Shown: in pieces, positions 40,055 to 49,481 of the stretch
Layout: each line of letters opens with the position of its first letter
Position numbering within the stretch: the first letter of the stretch is position 1
Origin: Ilumatobacteraceae bacterium
GTDB lineage: Bacteria; Actinomycetota; Acidimicrobiia; Acidimicrobiales; Ilumatobacteraceae
DNA: 62,372 nt
Assembly (NCBI GenBank): GCA_039932495.1
Contig: JBDTPW010000002.1
Location: forward strand, 1 to 62,372
Direction of reading: 5' to 3'
The notes under the pieces: generated by a model
Told to the model about the DNA's origin: nothing
Database searches by the model: none
Seen by the model: only the letters and a program-made list of their open reading frames with translations
Made by a program: the position numbers and the translations under genes

Positions 40055-41304
40055 TTGCTGTCTCCCTTGTCAGATTTGTAAATATCAGAACCGTCGAACA
40101 CATGACCCATTCGGTCGCGCTTGGTGCGCAAATATAATTCGTTTTCGGGGGTCGAGTCGATGTCGATCGCCACGCGCTCGACGATCTTTAATCCGTAGCC
40201 GGCAATCCCTCCATACTTTGCTGGATTGTTGGTGATGAGGCGCAGTTCGTGGACCCCAAGGTCGGCCAAGATTTGGGCACCGATGCCATATTCACGGCTA
40301 TCGACGGGAAGTCCAAGTTTGGTGTTGGCGTCGACGGTGTCGAAGCCCTCATCTTGTAGCGAATAGGCGCGAATCTTGTGGCCGATGCCAATTCCGCGAC
40401 CCTCGTGTCCACGAAGGTACACGACTACGCCCCGACCCTCGTCGTTAATTCGCTGCATCGCCACGGCAAGTTGTGCCCCGCAGTCGCAACGCCTGCTACC
40501 AAAGACATCACCGGTGAGACATTCGCTGTGCACACGAGTCAGGACAGGAGCGCCGTCGCTCACATCGCCTTTGACGAATGCAAGGTGTTCGATGCCGTCC
40601 ACTGTGCTGCGATAGGCGATGCACGTGAAAATTCCCCACGCGGTGGGAACACTCGCAGAGCCCATTCGCTCCACCAGCCGTTCGTGGCGACGCCGGTAGG
40701 CGATTAGTTCGGCGATCGAGGAGAGCAACAATCCATGGGTGGCGCAGAATTTTTGTAGGTCGGGTAGGCGGGCCATCGTCCCGTCGTCGTTTTGAATTTC
40801 GCAAATGACTCCCGCCGGCTGACAACCCGCGAGCCTGGCTAGATCGACCGCGGCCTCGGTGTGCCCGGCGCGCTTGAGCACGCCACCTTCCCGAGAGCGA
40901 AGGGGAAAAACGTGACCAGGCCTGGAAAATGCGCTGTGTGGAACCGTCGGATCGGCAAGTGCGCGCAAAGTGGCGGCACGATCGGCGGCAGAGATTCCAG
41001 TCGTCGTACCTTCCCGAAGGTCGACCGAAACCGTAAACGCGGTGCGCTGGCTTTCGGTGTTGTTGTCGACCATCAACGGCAGGCGAAGTTCGTCGCACCT
41101 TTCGGCGGTAAGTGGCGTGACAATGACACCTGAAGTGTGGCGCACAACGAAGGCGATTCTTTCCGGCGTGGCAAACTCTGCGGCCATGATCAGGTCGCCC
41201 TCGTTTTCCCGATCCTCATCGTCGACGAGCACAACCATTTCGCCCCGCGAGATTGCGGCGATCACGTCCTCAATTGGTGCCATTGCGGTCTTGGTTGTGT
41301 TCAT
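40051..41304 (-). CDS. ribBA: Bifunctional 3,4-dihydroxy-2-butanone-4-phosphate synthase / GTP cyclohydrolase II
   Basis: [16 protein letters not shown] (the RibB part) and [21 protein letters not shown] (the RibA zinc site). Confidence 0.95.
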   Translation of the reverse strand: MNTTKTAMAPIEDVIAAISRGEMVVLVDDEDRENEGDLIMAAEFATPERIAFVVRHTSGVIVTPLTAERCDELRLPLMVDNNTESQRTAFTVSVDLREGTTTGISAADRAATLRALADPTVPHSAFSRPGHVFPLRSREGGVLKRAGHTEAAVDLARLAGCQPAGVICEIQNDDGTMARLPDLQKFCATHGLLLSSIAELIAYRRRHERLVERMGSASVPTAWGIFTCIAYRSTVDGIEHLAFVKGDVSDGAPVLTRVHSECLTGDVFGSRRCDCGAQLAVAMQRINDEGRGVVVYLRGHEGRGIGIGHKIRAYSLQDEGFDTVDANTKLGLPVDSREYGIGAQILADLGVHELRLITNNPAKYGGIAGYGLKIVERVAIDIDSTPENELYLRTKRDRMGHVFDGSDIYKSDKGDSK

Positions 41305-42320
41305 GATGGTCCTTGCATATTTGCGGGAGGTGGGGGATCAAACGGTTCCAAAACGATTTCCAGGTCATCGCCGAGCCTCGTGGATGAAGTGAAATGTCCG
41401 CGCCACATCTCTGCCATTGTCCGAGCACCTGGGCCACGGAACACGGGATTGGAATCGTCGCCGCCGGCGATGACTGGTGCGATGTGCAAGACGTAACGAT
41501 TGACCAATCCCTGACTGTGAAATTCCGCTGCTACTAGCGGACCGCCCTCAACGAGCAGTTGGAGCACGCCTTCGCCACCGAGTTGGTCGAGCAGACCCGT
41601 GAGCTCGCCGCTGTACTCCAGGCACGGATGAACATGGGCGCCTGCGTCAATCTTGCCCAACACGATTCGTCGTGGCGAGGTACCAGCAACATCGCGCACG
41701 TTGAGATACGGGTCGTCGGCACGTACGGTTCCCGCGCCAACGAGAATGGCATCGCTTTCGGCGCGAAGTTCGTGAACCCGTCGTCGAGCATCTTGTCCCG
41801 TGATCCACTGGCTCGTGCCATCGGCCGCCGAGGTACGCCCGTCGATCGTGTACGCCATCTTCAAAACAACAAACGGTCTCTTGGTGCGACGATGGAATAG
41901 ATACGGGGCGAGTTGAGCAGATACTGCCTCCGTACACACACCGACATCTACTTGAATTCCGGCCAAGCGCATCGCCTCGATGCCGCGACCGGAGACTTGC
42001 CCATCCGGGTCGACAACGCCAACAACCACTCTCGAGATTCCTGCCTCAATGATCGCCTTCGTACACGGGCCCGTGCGACCGGTGTGATGGCACGGCTCCA
42101 AGGTGGTGTACATCGACGCGCCCCTTGCGCGGTCGCCGGCAAGTCGCAGCGCCACAATTTCGGCGTGGGCACCGCCGGGCGCCTCCGTTGCGCCCGTGGC
42201 AATGACGCCGCTTGATGAAGTGATCACTGCACCGACCCATGGATTAGGACGACTGCGCAGGCGTGCTTGAGCGGCGGTCGCCACCGCAAGTTGCATCGTC
42301 TGCTCGTCGATCGTGGTCAC
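41301..42320 (-). CDS. ribD: Bifunctional riboflavin biosynthesis deaminase/reductase
   Basis: [15 protein letters not shown] and TLEPC.H.GRTGPC (the deaminase zinc site), plus a reductase half. The track ORF starts at a TTG at 42383 that sits inside the riboswitch-downstream hairpin. I prefer the GTG at 42320 ([13 protein letters not shown]), which has GGGAAG upstream. Confidence 0.9.
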   Translation of the reverse strand: MTTIDEQTMQLAVATAAQARLRSRPNPWVGAVITSSSGVIATGATEAPGGAHAEIVALRLAGDRARGASMYTTLEPCHHTGRTGPCTKAIIEAGISRVVVGVVDPDGQVSGRGIEAMRLAGIQVDVGVCTEAVSAQLAPYLFHRRTKRPFVVLKMAYTIDGRTSAADGTSQWITGQDARRRVHELRAESDAILVGAGTVRADDPYLNVRDVAGTSPRRIVLGKIDAGAHVHPCLEYSGELTGLLDQLGGEGVLQLLVEGGPLVAAEFHSQGLVNRYVLHIAPVIAGGDDSNPVFRGPGARTMAEMWRGHFTSSTRLGDDLEIVLEPFDPPPPANMQGPS

Positions 42321-42408
42321 TCGTTTTCGCTTCCCGTCGTTCAGACTCCGCACAGGCACTGAAAGCGGGGACGACGAAAGCAACGCCTCGTAGAGGCGCT
42401 ACCCACGT

Positions 42409-42533
42409 CTTCTTGCTCCCATCCGGACTCTGACCGTCGGCCCTGGAATTTCACCAGATCAGCCCCACGAAAAGCTCGTGGGGGTCGCGGGCTGTAACCG
42501 CCGGTAGGGGATTTCACCCAACCCTGCAAGAAG
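42409..42533 (-). promoter_or_regulatory. FMN riboswitch (RFN element)
   Basis: The minus strand reads CUUCUUGCAGGGUUGGGUGAAAUCCCCUACCGGCGGUUACAGCCCGCGA...GCUGAUCUGGUGAAAUUCCAGGGCCGACGGUCAGAGUCCGGAUGGGAGCAAGAAG. The P1 helix is CUUCUUGC/GCAAGAAG and the conserved RFN core blocks are present. A hairpin GCGCCUC-uac-GAGGCGU (42382..42400) follows. Confidence 0.93.
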
Positions 42534-42581
42534 TTATGAATTTGTACTTCATGTGCATCATTGCGATGCACACCTTCAAGG

Positions 42582-42944
42582 CTACGGCAGGTCCGCCGAC
42601 GTTGCACCACTGAGAAGATCGGCCTCCGCTTCGAGTTTCTTGATTCGATCGGTGCGGATGACACTTCGTGCGATCACCGTCATAATGATCGCGAGACCGA
42701 GAATAATGACCCCAAAGGTGGCGTACTGCATGACGCCTCCGCGATCTCCGGAGAGCACCGGCTCGGTTCCGCAATTCGGTTTCGGATAGAGACCAACGCA
42801 GTCACCAACACTGCCAGGGAGGTTATACGTATATATAGAAGTTGGAGTGGTCTCACCACTTGATGACGACGATGCGAAAACCGGTGGAGCAAGGCAGACG
42901 ATTGCTGCGACGGCCACAAGCACTGCCGAGCGCAGGATTCTCAT
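42582..42944 (-). CDS. Small exported protein with a C-terminal membrane anchor, unknown function
   Basis: The ATG at 42944 is preceded by GGGGAG. The signal peptide is [26 protein letters not shown], followed by two Cys, a TM helix ([19 protein letters not shown]) and a charged tail. The longer track ORF runs into the guaA promoter region. Confidence 0.6.
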   Translation of the reverse strand: MRILRSAVLVAVAAIVCLAPPVFASSSSSGETTPTSIYTYNLPGSVGDCVGLYPKPNCGTEPVLSGDRGGVMQYATFGVIILGLAIIMTVIARSVIRTDRIKKLEAEADLLSGATSADLP

Positions 42945-43005
42945 CTCCCCATCGTCACATCTTCCGAGCCCCAACGCCACTCGCCAACTACAGTCAGTTG
43001 TCACA

Positions 43006-44580
43006 ATGACGCCAACACCAACTACAACGCCAACACATCCTGTCGAGACTGTCTTAATCGTTGACTTTGGTGCCCAATATGCACAACTCATTGCCCGCCG
43101 AGTGAGACAGGCGCAGGTCTATTCGGAAATAGTCCCGCACAAGATCGGCGCCGCAGAAGTCAAGGAACGGGCTCCGGTGGCGATCATCTTGTCGGGAGGC
43201 CCCAAGAGCGTCCACGTCGAAGGCGCCCCGCAACTCGATCCACAGATTTACGAACTGGGAATCCCGGTACTCGGTATTTGTTACGGAGCTCAACTCATCG
43301 CCCAACAACTAGGCGGCTCAGTTGCCCGCGGCGGTCGCGGCGAATATGGTCGCACATCACTTTCGCGGGCTGGCGTTTCGTCGACGCTATTTCCAGATGG
43401 CGTGCCGCAAAGTCTCGACGTGTGGATGAGCCACTTTGACTCGATTGCCCAGTTGCCACCGGGGTTCACGGCTACCGCATCGACGAGCGAAGTGACGATG
43501 GCCGTCATAGAAAATAGTTCGCGCCAGATTTGGGGCACCCAGTTTCACCCAGAGGTCGGTCATACCCAATTTGGTCAGGAGATCATCGAGCATTTTCTGC
43601 ATCGACTGGTCGGCGCCAAGCGCAATTGGACGATGTCGTCGATTGTCGATACTCAGGTGAAGGCAATACGAGATCAGGTGGGTAGCGAACGGGTGATTTG
43701 TGGATTGTCCGGCGGTGTCGATTCGGCAGTAGCGGCGGCTCTCGTCAATAAAGCAATTGGCGGCCAACTTACCTGTGTGTACGTCGATACCGGCCTGATG
43801 CGCAAAAACGAAAGCGCTCAAGTGGTCGACACTTTTCATCGTCACCTCGGCATCGATCTCATCCACGTCGACGCGGCGGACCAGTTCTTTGAAAAGTTGA
43901 AGGGCATCGAGGAACCGGAAGCCAAACGCAAGGTGATTGGCGAGTTGTTTGTCCGAATCTTTGAGCAACACACAGGCGGATTGACCGACGCAAAGTTCCT
44001 TGTCCAAGGAACCCTCTACCCAGATGTCATTGAAAGCGGAGGGGTGGATGGAACCGCCTCGGTGATCAAGAGCCATCACAATGTCGGGGGCTTGCCAAAG
44101 GACATGAACCTGACCCTCATCGAACCCTTACGCAGCCTGTTCAAGGACGAGGTTCGCCAGGTTGGACTCGAGTTGGGTCTGCCAGATGAAATCGTGTGGC
44201 GCCAGCCTTTCCCAGGGCCCGGTCTAGGCGTGCGGATCATCGGCGAGGTGACACGGGAAAAGGTGGCGATTCTCCAGGATGCCGATGCGATCGTTCGCCA
44301 CGAGATCCACCTGGCAGGTCTTGACCGAGAGCTGTGGCAGGCGTTTGCCGTGCTCGCCGATATTCGTTCGGTCGGGGTCATGGGCGACGAGCGAACCTAT
44401 GGCATGCCGATCATTATTCGTGCCGTCACGAGCCAAGACGCGATGACCGCCGATTGGGCCAGGCTGCCCTACGACCTGCTGGAAAAGATGTCTTCACGAA
44501 TTATCAATGAGGTGAGCGGTGTCAATCGAGTCGTCTATGACATCACGTCCAAACCGCCAGGGACCATCGAGTGGGAGTAA
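43006..44580 (+). CDS. guaA: GMP synthase (glutamine-hydrolysing)
   Basis: The ATG at 43006 gives ...[19 protein letters not shown]. Also present are GICYGAQL, the PP-loop SGGVDSAV and a C-terminal PPGTIEWE. Confidence 0.96.
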   Translation: MTPTPTTTPTHPVETVLIVDFGAQYAQLIARRVRQAQVYSEIVPHKIGAAEVKERAPVAIILSGGPKSVHVEGAPQLDPQIYELGIPVLGICYGAQLIAQQLGGSVARGGRGEYGRTSLSRAGVSSTLFPDGVPQSLDVWMSHFDSIAQLPPGFTATASTSEVTMAVIENSSRQIWGTQFHPEVGHTQFGQEIIEHFLHRLVGAKRNWTMSSIVDTQVKAIRDQVGSERVICGLSGGVDSAVAAALVNKAIGGQLTCVYVDTGLMRKNESAQVVDTFHRHLGIDLIHVDAADQFFEKLKGIEEPEAKRKVIGELFVRIFEQHTGGLTDAKFLVQGTLYPDVIESGGVDGTASVIKSHHNVGGLPKDMNLTLIEPLRSLFKDEVRQVGLELGLPDEIVWRQPFPGPGLGVRIIGEVTREKVAILQDADAIVRHEIHLAGLDRELWQAFAVLADIRSVGVMGDERTYGMPIIIRAVTSQDAMTADWARLPYDLLEKMSSRIINEVSGVNRVVYDITSKPPGTIEWE

Positions 44581-44668
44581 CGCACGGCCGAAATCGTAAA
44601 ACCTAAGCCTGGTAAGGGTTTCCCGACTGCTGCAACATAACCGTAATAATAGGTAAACTTCTCCAATC

Positions 44669-45775
44669 ATGGTGACTCGCGCTTGGGGGCGTTTTCTTCG
44701 TAATGCCCAAAAACTAGTGGTTGCCATCTCGCTGACTTCAGTTATGACCGTGGCGATCAGTCCGCTAGCCGCCCATGGCGCGACCCAGGCCGGCGGGGGC
44801 AGCGGAGGTTCTAGTGAACAGCAACAACGGGTCAACGCGATCATCGACGAATTGGATCGCATAGGCGAACAAATTGACGCCCTCGGCGAGATGTATTCCC
44901 AAGCGGTAAATGATCAAGAGGACTTGATTATCGAGATTGCAGCCGCAGAGGTGCGAATCAAGGAAAAGGAAGCCCAGCTGGCAGCGATGCAAAAGGATCT
45001 GCGGGCGGTGGCGATGAAGTCTTTTGTAAGTGGGGGAATCTCCAACTCGTTGTCAAGCATTTTGAGTTCAACCAACGGACTCACGGATTCGGTGAGTAAA
45101 AAATACCTCACCTCGGTGGCCCTCAACGCCGGGGCCGGTAACACCGACGCCCTCCAGGCTTTGATTGACGACATTGCCAAGGAGAGATCTTCGCTCGAAT
45201 ACCAGCGCAAGAAAGCGGTACGCGTCGCCGACTATGCGGCGGAGCGGTTGACCGCCGCCGAGGCGCTCTCGTCAGATTACGAACGGCGACAGTCCGAAGC
45301 AGAACAACAACTTGGCTCGTTGCTCCGTTCGGAACGTCAACGTCGTGAGACGGCGGCCCTCGCCGCGGCGCAGGCACAAGCGGCAAAGTGGAAGGGGACA
45401 AAGTATCCCAATATCGCGCCACCTTCGTCGCGGGCAAGCGTGGCAATTAAGGCCGCCCTATCGCAATTGGGTGTGCGCTATTCCTTTGGCGCAAAATCGC
45501 CCGGAAACGCATTCGACTGCTCGGGTCTCACTTCGTATTCTTGGGGAGTTGCCGGCCTGGGCATTCCCCGTACTTCGCGAACCCAGTACGCCGGCCTTAA
45601 TCACGTACCTACCGCCGCAGCTTCGCCTGGCGACCTCATATTTTCCGGATATCCAATCCATCACGTCGGCATCTATCTCGGCAACGGCCAGATGGTGCAT
45701 GCGCCGCGAACGGGTGACGTAGTCAAGATCAGTGCCGTGTCATGGTCAAGTGTTGTGGGTGTTGCTCGCCCATAA
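44669..45775 (+). CDS. Secreted NlpC/P60 peptidoglycan endopeptidase with an N-terminal coiled coil (RipA/RipC-like architecture)
   Basis: A signal peptide, then a long Gln/Glu/Ala-rich helical region, then the NlpC/P60 catalytic block FDCSGLTSYSW...GDLIF...HVGIYLGNGQMVHAP. Confidence 0.88.
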   Translation: MVTRAWGRFLRNAQKLVVAISLTSVMTVAISPLAAHGATQAGGGSGGSSEQQQRVNAIIDELDRIGEQIDALGEMYSQAVNDQEDLIIEIAAAEVRIKEKEAQLAAMQKDLRAVAMKSFVSGGISNSLSSILSSTNGLTDSVSKKYLTSVALNAGAGNTDALQALIDDIAKERSSLEYQRKKAVRVADYAAERLTAAEALSSDYERRQSEAEQQLGSLLRSERQRRETAALAAAQAQAAKWKGTKYPNIAPPSSRASVAIKAALSQLGVRYSFGAKSPGNAFDCSGLTSYSWGVAGLGIPRTSRTQYAGLNHVPTAAASPGDLIFSGYPIHHVGIYLGNGQMVHAPRTGDVVKISAVSWSSVVGVARP

Positions 45776-45821
45776 AGTTCGCCAAAAATTGGCAGTGAAG
45801 ACAACGAAGTAGCGTCGAGCC

Positions 45822-46844
45822 ATGCTCGGCATCGACAATGTTCGCGTTTCCCGGTGGCTTGTCGACAACATCGAAAACGTCGAGCCTCCCTTTGAATTCT
45901 TTCCCATCGAGGGCGGTAGATCGAATCTCACCTATCGAGTAGTCGACGCCGCGGGTTTAACCGTTGTGTTGCGCCGGCCGCCACTTGGCCATGTGCTTGC
46001 TACGGCCCACGACATGGCTCGCGAACACAAAATTATTTCCGCCGTGGGCAAAACCGATGTGCCGGTTCCTCGGGCGCTCGGCCTGTGCGTCGATGAATCG
46101 GTGAATGGTGCTCCGTTCTATGTGATGAGTTTTGTCGAGGGAGCAGTGCTCGACTCGCCGGCCAGCGCAGAGCAACTAACCGTCCAAGCGCGCCAAACGG
46201 CGAGCGAGCGCCTCATCGACGTGCTCGCCGAACTGCACCAGCTTGATATCGATGCGATTGGTCTTGGAGATTTGGCAATGCGAACCGGCTATATCGAACG
46301 TCAACTCAAACGATGGTCAACCCAATGGAACCAATCTAAGACCCGCGAATTTCCCGCCGTTGAACTCGCGGAGCAATTGCTACGCCAGCGAATTCCCGAA
46401 CAACAGGGCGTATCAATCGCCCACGGTGACTATCGGTTTGGAAATTGCTTGACGGAAGTATCGAGCGGACAAATCACTGCCGTTCTGGATTGGGAATTAT
46501 GCACGCTGGGAGATCCGCTCGCCGACCTCGGACACCTCGGCGTCTATTGGACAAACCCGGGCGCTGGCCCTGGCCGACACAACGATCCAACCGGTGCGCC
46601 GGGGTTTCCCACCTATGACGCAATCGTTCAGCGTTACGCAATGAGCACAGGTCGCGATTTGTCAAACATCGCCTATTACCGCGCCTTTGCCGCCTGGCGT
46701 CTGTCCGTAGTCAGCGAAGGTGTGTATGCCCGGTACCTGCACGGGGCCATGGGCGACAACGATCTCGATTTGTCGGCGCTCAAACAAGGCACAGAAGATC
46801 TCGCCACTAGCGCACTCGAATCACTGAAAGGAGTCACGCAATGA
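45822..46844 (+). CDS. Aminoglycoside-phosphotransferase-fold kinase (APH/ChoK family, the type often linked to acyl-CoA metabolism)
   Basis: GG.SNLTYRV, HGDYRFGNCL and VLDWELCTLGDPLADL. Confidence 0.8.
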   Translation: MLGIDNVRVSRWLVDNIENVEPPFEFFPIEGGRSNLTYRVVDAAGLTVVLRRPPLGHVLATAHDMAREHKIISAVGKTDVPVPRALGLCVDESVNGAPFYVMSFVEGAVLDSPASAEQLTVQARQTASERLIDVLAELHQLDIDAIGLGDLAMRTGYIERQLKRWSTQWNQSKTREFPAVELAEQLLRQRIPEQQGVSIAHGDYRFGNCLTEVSSGQITAVLDWELCTLGDPLADLGHLGVYWTNPGAGPGRHNDPTGAPGFPTYDAIVQRYAMSTGRDLSNIAYYRAFAAWRLSVVSEGVYARYLHGAMGDNDLDLSALKQGTEDLATSALESLKGVTQ

Positions 46845-47605
46845 ACGAAGACCCCACGAGCGACACCGTCATGAGCGGCTGGGTTCAGGACACGTTTACG
46901 GCAGGTGGAATTACGCACGCCACCTATCGACGCGGGAGTGGTCCAGGTGTTGTCGTCGTCCATGAAATTCCTGGAATCACCCCAACTGTTGCCCGCTTCG
47001 CCAACGATGTTGTCGACGCTGGTTTCACTGTCGTGATGCCACTCCTCGTCGGCCAAGCCGGTCGCGGACCATCAGGTAGATACATGGCTTCATCGTTGTC
47101 AAAGGTTTGCATCTCAAGAGAGTTCACGACAATGGCAATGGGACGCACCTCTCCGATAATCGCCTGGTTACGAGCGGTTGCCAAACATCTGCATCACCAA
47201 GTCGGTGGCGTTGGCGTGGGAGCGGTGGGAATGTGTTTCAGCGGTGGATTTGCCCTTGGGATGATGGTTGACGACATCTTGGTCGCACCGGTGTTATCCC
47301 AACCATCCATGCCGTTTGCGTTTGGAAAGTCTCGTGGCGCCAATCTAGGTCTTTCTGCCGACGATGAGCTGGTTGTCGCGCAACGCGCGCGCGAAGGATG
47401 TCAGGTTCTTGGATTGCAATTTGATCGAGACAAACTTGTCGGTTCTCGTTTCGAATCATTGCGATCGTTGCTCGGTGATGCTTTCGTCGCCATTGAATAT
47501 CCGTCAAGCGCAAAAACCGATCATTCTGTTCTTACCGAGCAACGTCAGGAAGACGGCGTAGCCAAAGTGATTGAATTCCTTCGCCAAAAATTACAACGCG
47601 ACTAG
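46841..47605 (+). CDS. Dienelactone hydrolase family protein
   Basis: ATGA overlap with the upstream kinase. VVVVHEIPGITP and a nucleophile elbow GMCFSGG. Confidence 0.75.
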   Translation: MNEDPTSDTVMSGWVQDTFTAGGITHATYRRGSGPGVVVVHEIPGITPTVARFANDVVDAGFTVVMPLLVGQAGRGPSGRYMASSLSKVCISREFTTMAMGRTSPIIAWLRAVAKHLHHQVGGVGVGAVGMCFSGGFALGMMVDDILVAPVLSQPSMPFAFGKSRGANLGLSADDELVVAQRAREGCQVLGLQFDRDKLVGSRFESLRSLLGDAFVAIEYPSSAKTDHSVLTEQRQEDGVAKVIEFLRQKLQRD

Positions 47606-49216
47606 CGCCATTCGTTTCGCCTCGTCGTAATCGGCCTTGCCATTCGGGGCGCGGGGGACCGTGTTCACAAAGACCACCCGCTTGGGGGTCTTGTACCCGG
47701 CTATCGCGCCCTTAACACCTGCAATGATCGTGGTTTCATCCACCTCACCGTCGCTTGATCTCGAAACAACGGCGGTGACCGCCTGACCAAATTTTTCATC
47801 GGCAATCCCAACGACAAGACAATCTTGAACTCCGGCAATTCGTTTCACCGCCTCCTCAACTTCTTCGGGAAACACCTTTTCTCCGCCTGTGTTGATCACC
47901 TGGCTACCGCGCCCAAGCAAGATGAGAGATCCATCTTCCGCGACCATGGCCATGTCTCCCGGAAACGAGTATCTCTTGCCACCAATCACACGAAATGTTC
48001 GCGCAGACTTTTCCGGGTCTTTGTAATAGCCAAGCGGCACGCTCCCGCCCGCGGCGACCATACCGATTTCCCCTGAGCCCGGCTTAACTTCCCGACCATC
48101 ATCTAGGAACACCTTTGTTGCCGGGTTCTGCACAAACTTTGCCGTGGTCGAAGCGGCGCCGCGAACCGAAATACTCGTGCCCATGCCGCCTTCGGTGCTC
48201 CCCATCGCGTCGATGAGGACGGCCTGTTGAATTCGCTCAAGCAATTGCTGTTTGACCTCGGTCGTCCACATGACACCAGAAGAAATAATGAGTTTTACGT
48301 GTGACGTGTCGTATGGCTTCTTCGCTGCGGTCGCCTCGTCGAGTGCTCGAATCATTGGTTTGACGAACGAGTCACCAACCACCACTAGGTTGGTCGCCCG
48401 TTTGCGTTGGGCAACCGAAAACATTTCGTGAGCATCGAAACTTCGCTGCTCTAGATTGACCACCGATCCGCCGGCAAAGTGAACAAACATTGCGCCCAGC
48501 CACATCCCGGTTCCATGCATAAGTGGACAGCCGGGAATTGAAACTTGTGCTTTTCCGGTTTCGTGCAACACCTTGATCGCCGGAGCAATCTCGCTCGCAG
48601 CGGTCGGGATGGCAAGTCCGGCCAGAGGATACCCACTTCGAATGAACGACTCGGTGAGCGCCCCAACTGGGTACATGACACCCTTTGGCATTCCCGTGGT
48701 TCCGCCCGTGTACAGCATGTAGATGTCGTCTTCACCTCGATGAATCCGCGGCATCGGTTCATGTCCAGCGACGACGTCCTCGTAGCGATATGCCCCCGAA
48801 ACGATTTCGGAAGCTTCGACATCATCGACCTGAATTAGTAAGCGCAGCTTGGGCAAGCGATGGGCAATCTGAGACACCCGGCTAGCTAGCGATGAATGAA
48901 ATACCAGCGCCTCTGCGTCGGCATTCTCGAGCAGGTAGTAGAGCTCTTCATCCAGGTATCGATAGTTCACATTGATCGGCACGCCACGCATTTTGAAGGT
49001 CGCGTATTGCGTTTCCAGATACTCGTTCGAGTTGTATAGAAATATTCCGATTTTGCTGTCAGGCAAAAGTCCGCTTTCGACGAAGGCCGTTGCCAATCGG
49101 GCCGCCCGATTGTCGTATTCTGTCCACGAATGCTCGGTACCGCCGTGAGTCACGGCGGGCGCATCGCCGATCACATCGGAGATGGATTCCCACACGGTCG
49201 CGGCGTGCATCTCCAT
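47591..49216 (-). CDS. Acyl-CoA synthetase (AMP-forming, ANL superfamily)
   Basis: YTGGTTGMPKGVM, GSTE, GEKVFPEEVE and PRAPNGKADY. Its 3' end overlaps the convergent hydrolase gene by 15 nt. Confidence 0.9.
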   Translation of the reverse strand: MEMHAATVWESISDVIGDAPAVTHGGTEHSWTEYDNRAARLATAFVESGLLPDSKIGIFLYNSNEYLETQYATFKMRGVPINVNYRYLDEELYYLLENADAEALVFHSSLASRVSQIAHRLPKLRLLIQVDDVEASEIVSGAYRYEDVVAGHEPMPRIHRGEDDIYMLYTGGTTGMPKGVMYPVGALTESFIRSGYPLAGLAIPTAASEIAPAIKVLHETGKAQVSIPGCPLMHGTGMWLGAMFVHFAGGSVVNLEQRSFDAHEMFSVAQRKRATNLVVVGDSFVKPMIRALDEATAAKKPYDTSHVKLIISSGVMWTTEVKQQLLERIQQAVLIDAMGSTEGGMGTSISVRGAASTTAKFVQNPATKVFLDDGREVKPGSGEIGMVAAGGSVPLGYYKDPEKSARTFRVIGGKRYSFPGDMAMVAEDGSLILLGRGSQVINTGGEKVFPEEVEEAVKRIAGVQDCLVVGIADEKFGQAVTAVVSRSSDGEVDETTIIAGVKGAIAGYKTPKRVVFVNTVPRAPNGKADYDEAKRMALVAL

Positions 49217-49280
49217 CCGTGCAGACTAATCAGTCGATTACGAGAAGAATGTGTGTGTCATCCACCAGTAAGATTCAGCC

Positions 49281-49481
49281 ATGCGCGTCAGGGTGATTGC
49301 CGAAAAATGCCAGGGTCACAACCGTTGTTTCGCCTTGGCGCCCGAATTATTCGATGTCGACGATTTAGGCAACGCACACGCAATAGGGGATGGTGTCGTC
49401 CCGCCCCACTTGGTCGACAAAGCAAAACTTGCTGTGGCCAATTGTCCAGAATTCGCCATTACATATACGGAAACAATGTAA
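49281..49481 (+). CDS. Small ferredoxin (P450-associated, 3Fe-4S type)
   Basis: 66 aa. CQGHNRC...ANCP is the cysteine pattern of actinobacterial P450 redox partners. The P450 gene follows immediately. Confidence 0.85.
   Translation: MRVRVIAEKCQGHNRCFALAPELFDVDDLGNAHAIGDGVVPPHLVDKAKLAVANCPEFAITYTETM

Noticed and set aside
42847-43005. N-terminally extended versions of real genes in the ORF track. These are guaA from 42847, rplF from 15415, rpmC from 12800, rpsM from 20313, rpsD from 21148, tsaD from 32872, sucC from 53907, groES from 35778 and the M23 peptidase to 59892.
   Set aside because: The extensions overlap the preceding gene or a divergent gene. The canonical family N-terminus begins at an internal ATG or GTG with a better ribosome-binding context.
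44581-44668. A possible cyclic-di-AMP (ydaO-type) riboswitch upstream of the NlpC/P60 hydrolase, as is often seen in Actinobacteria.
   Set aside because: The spacer is only 88 nt, which is shorter than the element, and I could not find the conserved ydaO core blocks in it.
49227-49240. The inverted repeat TAATC-agtc-GATTA in the ligase/ferredoxin divergent region as a KstR- or TetR-type operator.
   Set aside because: The arms are only 5 bp, there is no match to the KstR motif (TnnAACnnGTTnnA), and no regulator gene is nearby. It is mentioned only as context in the cluster finding.
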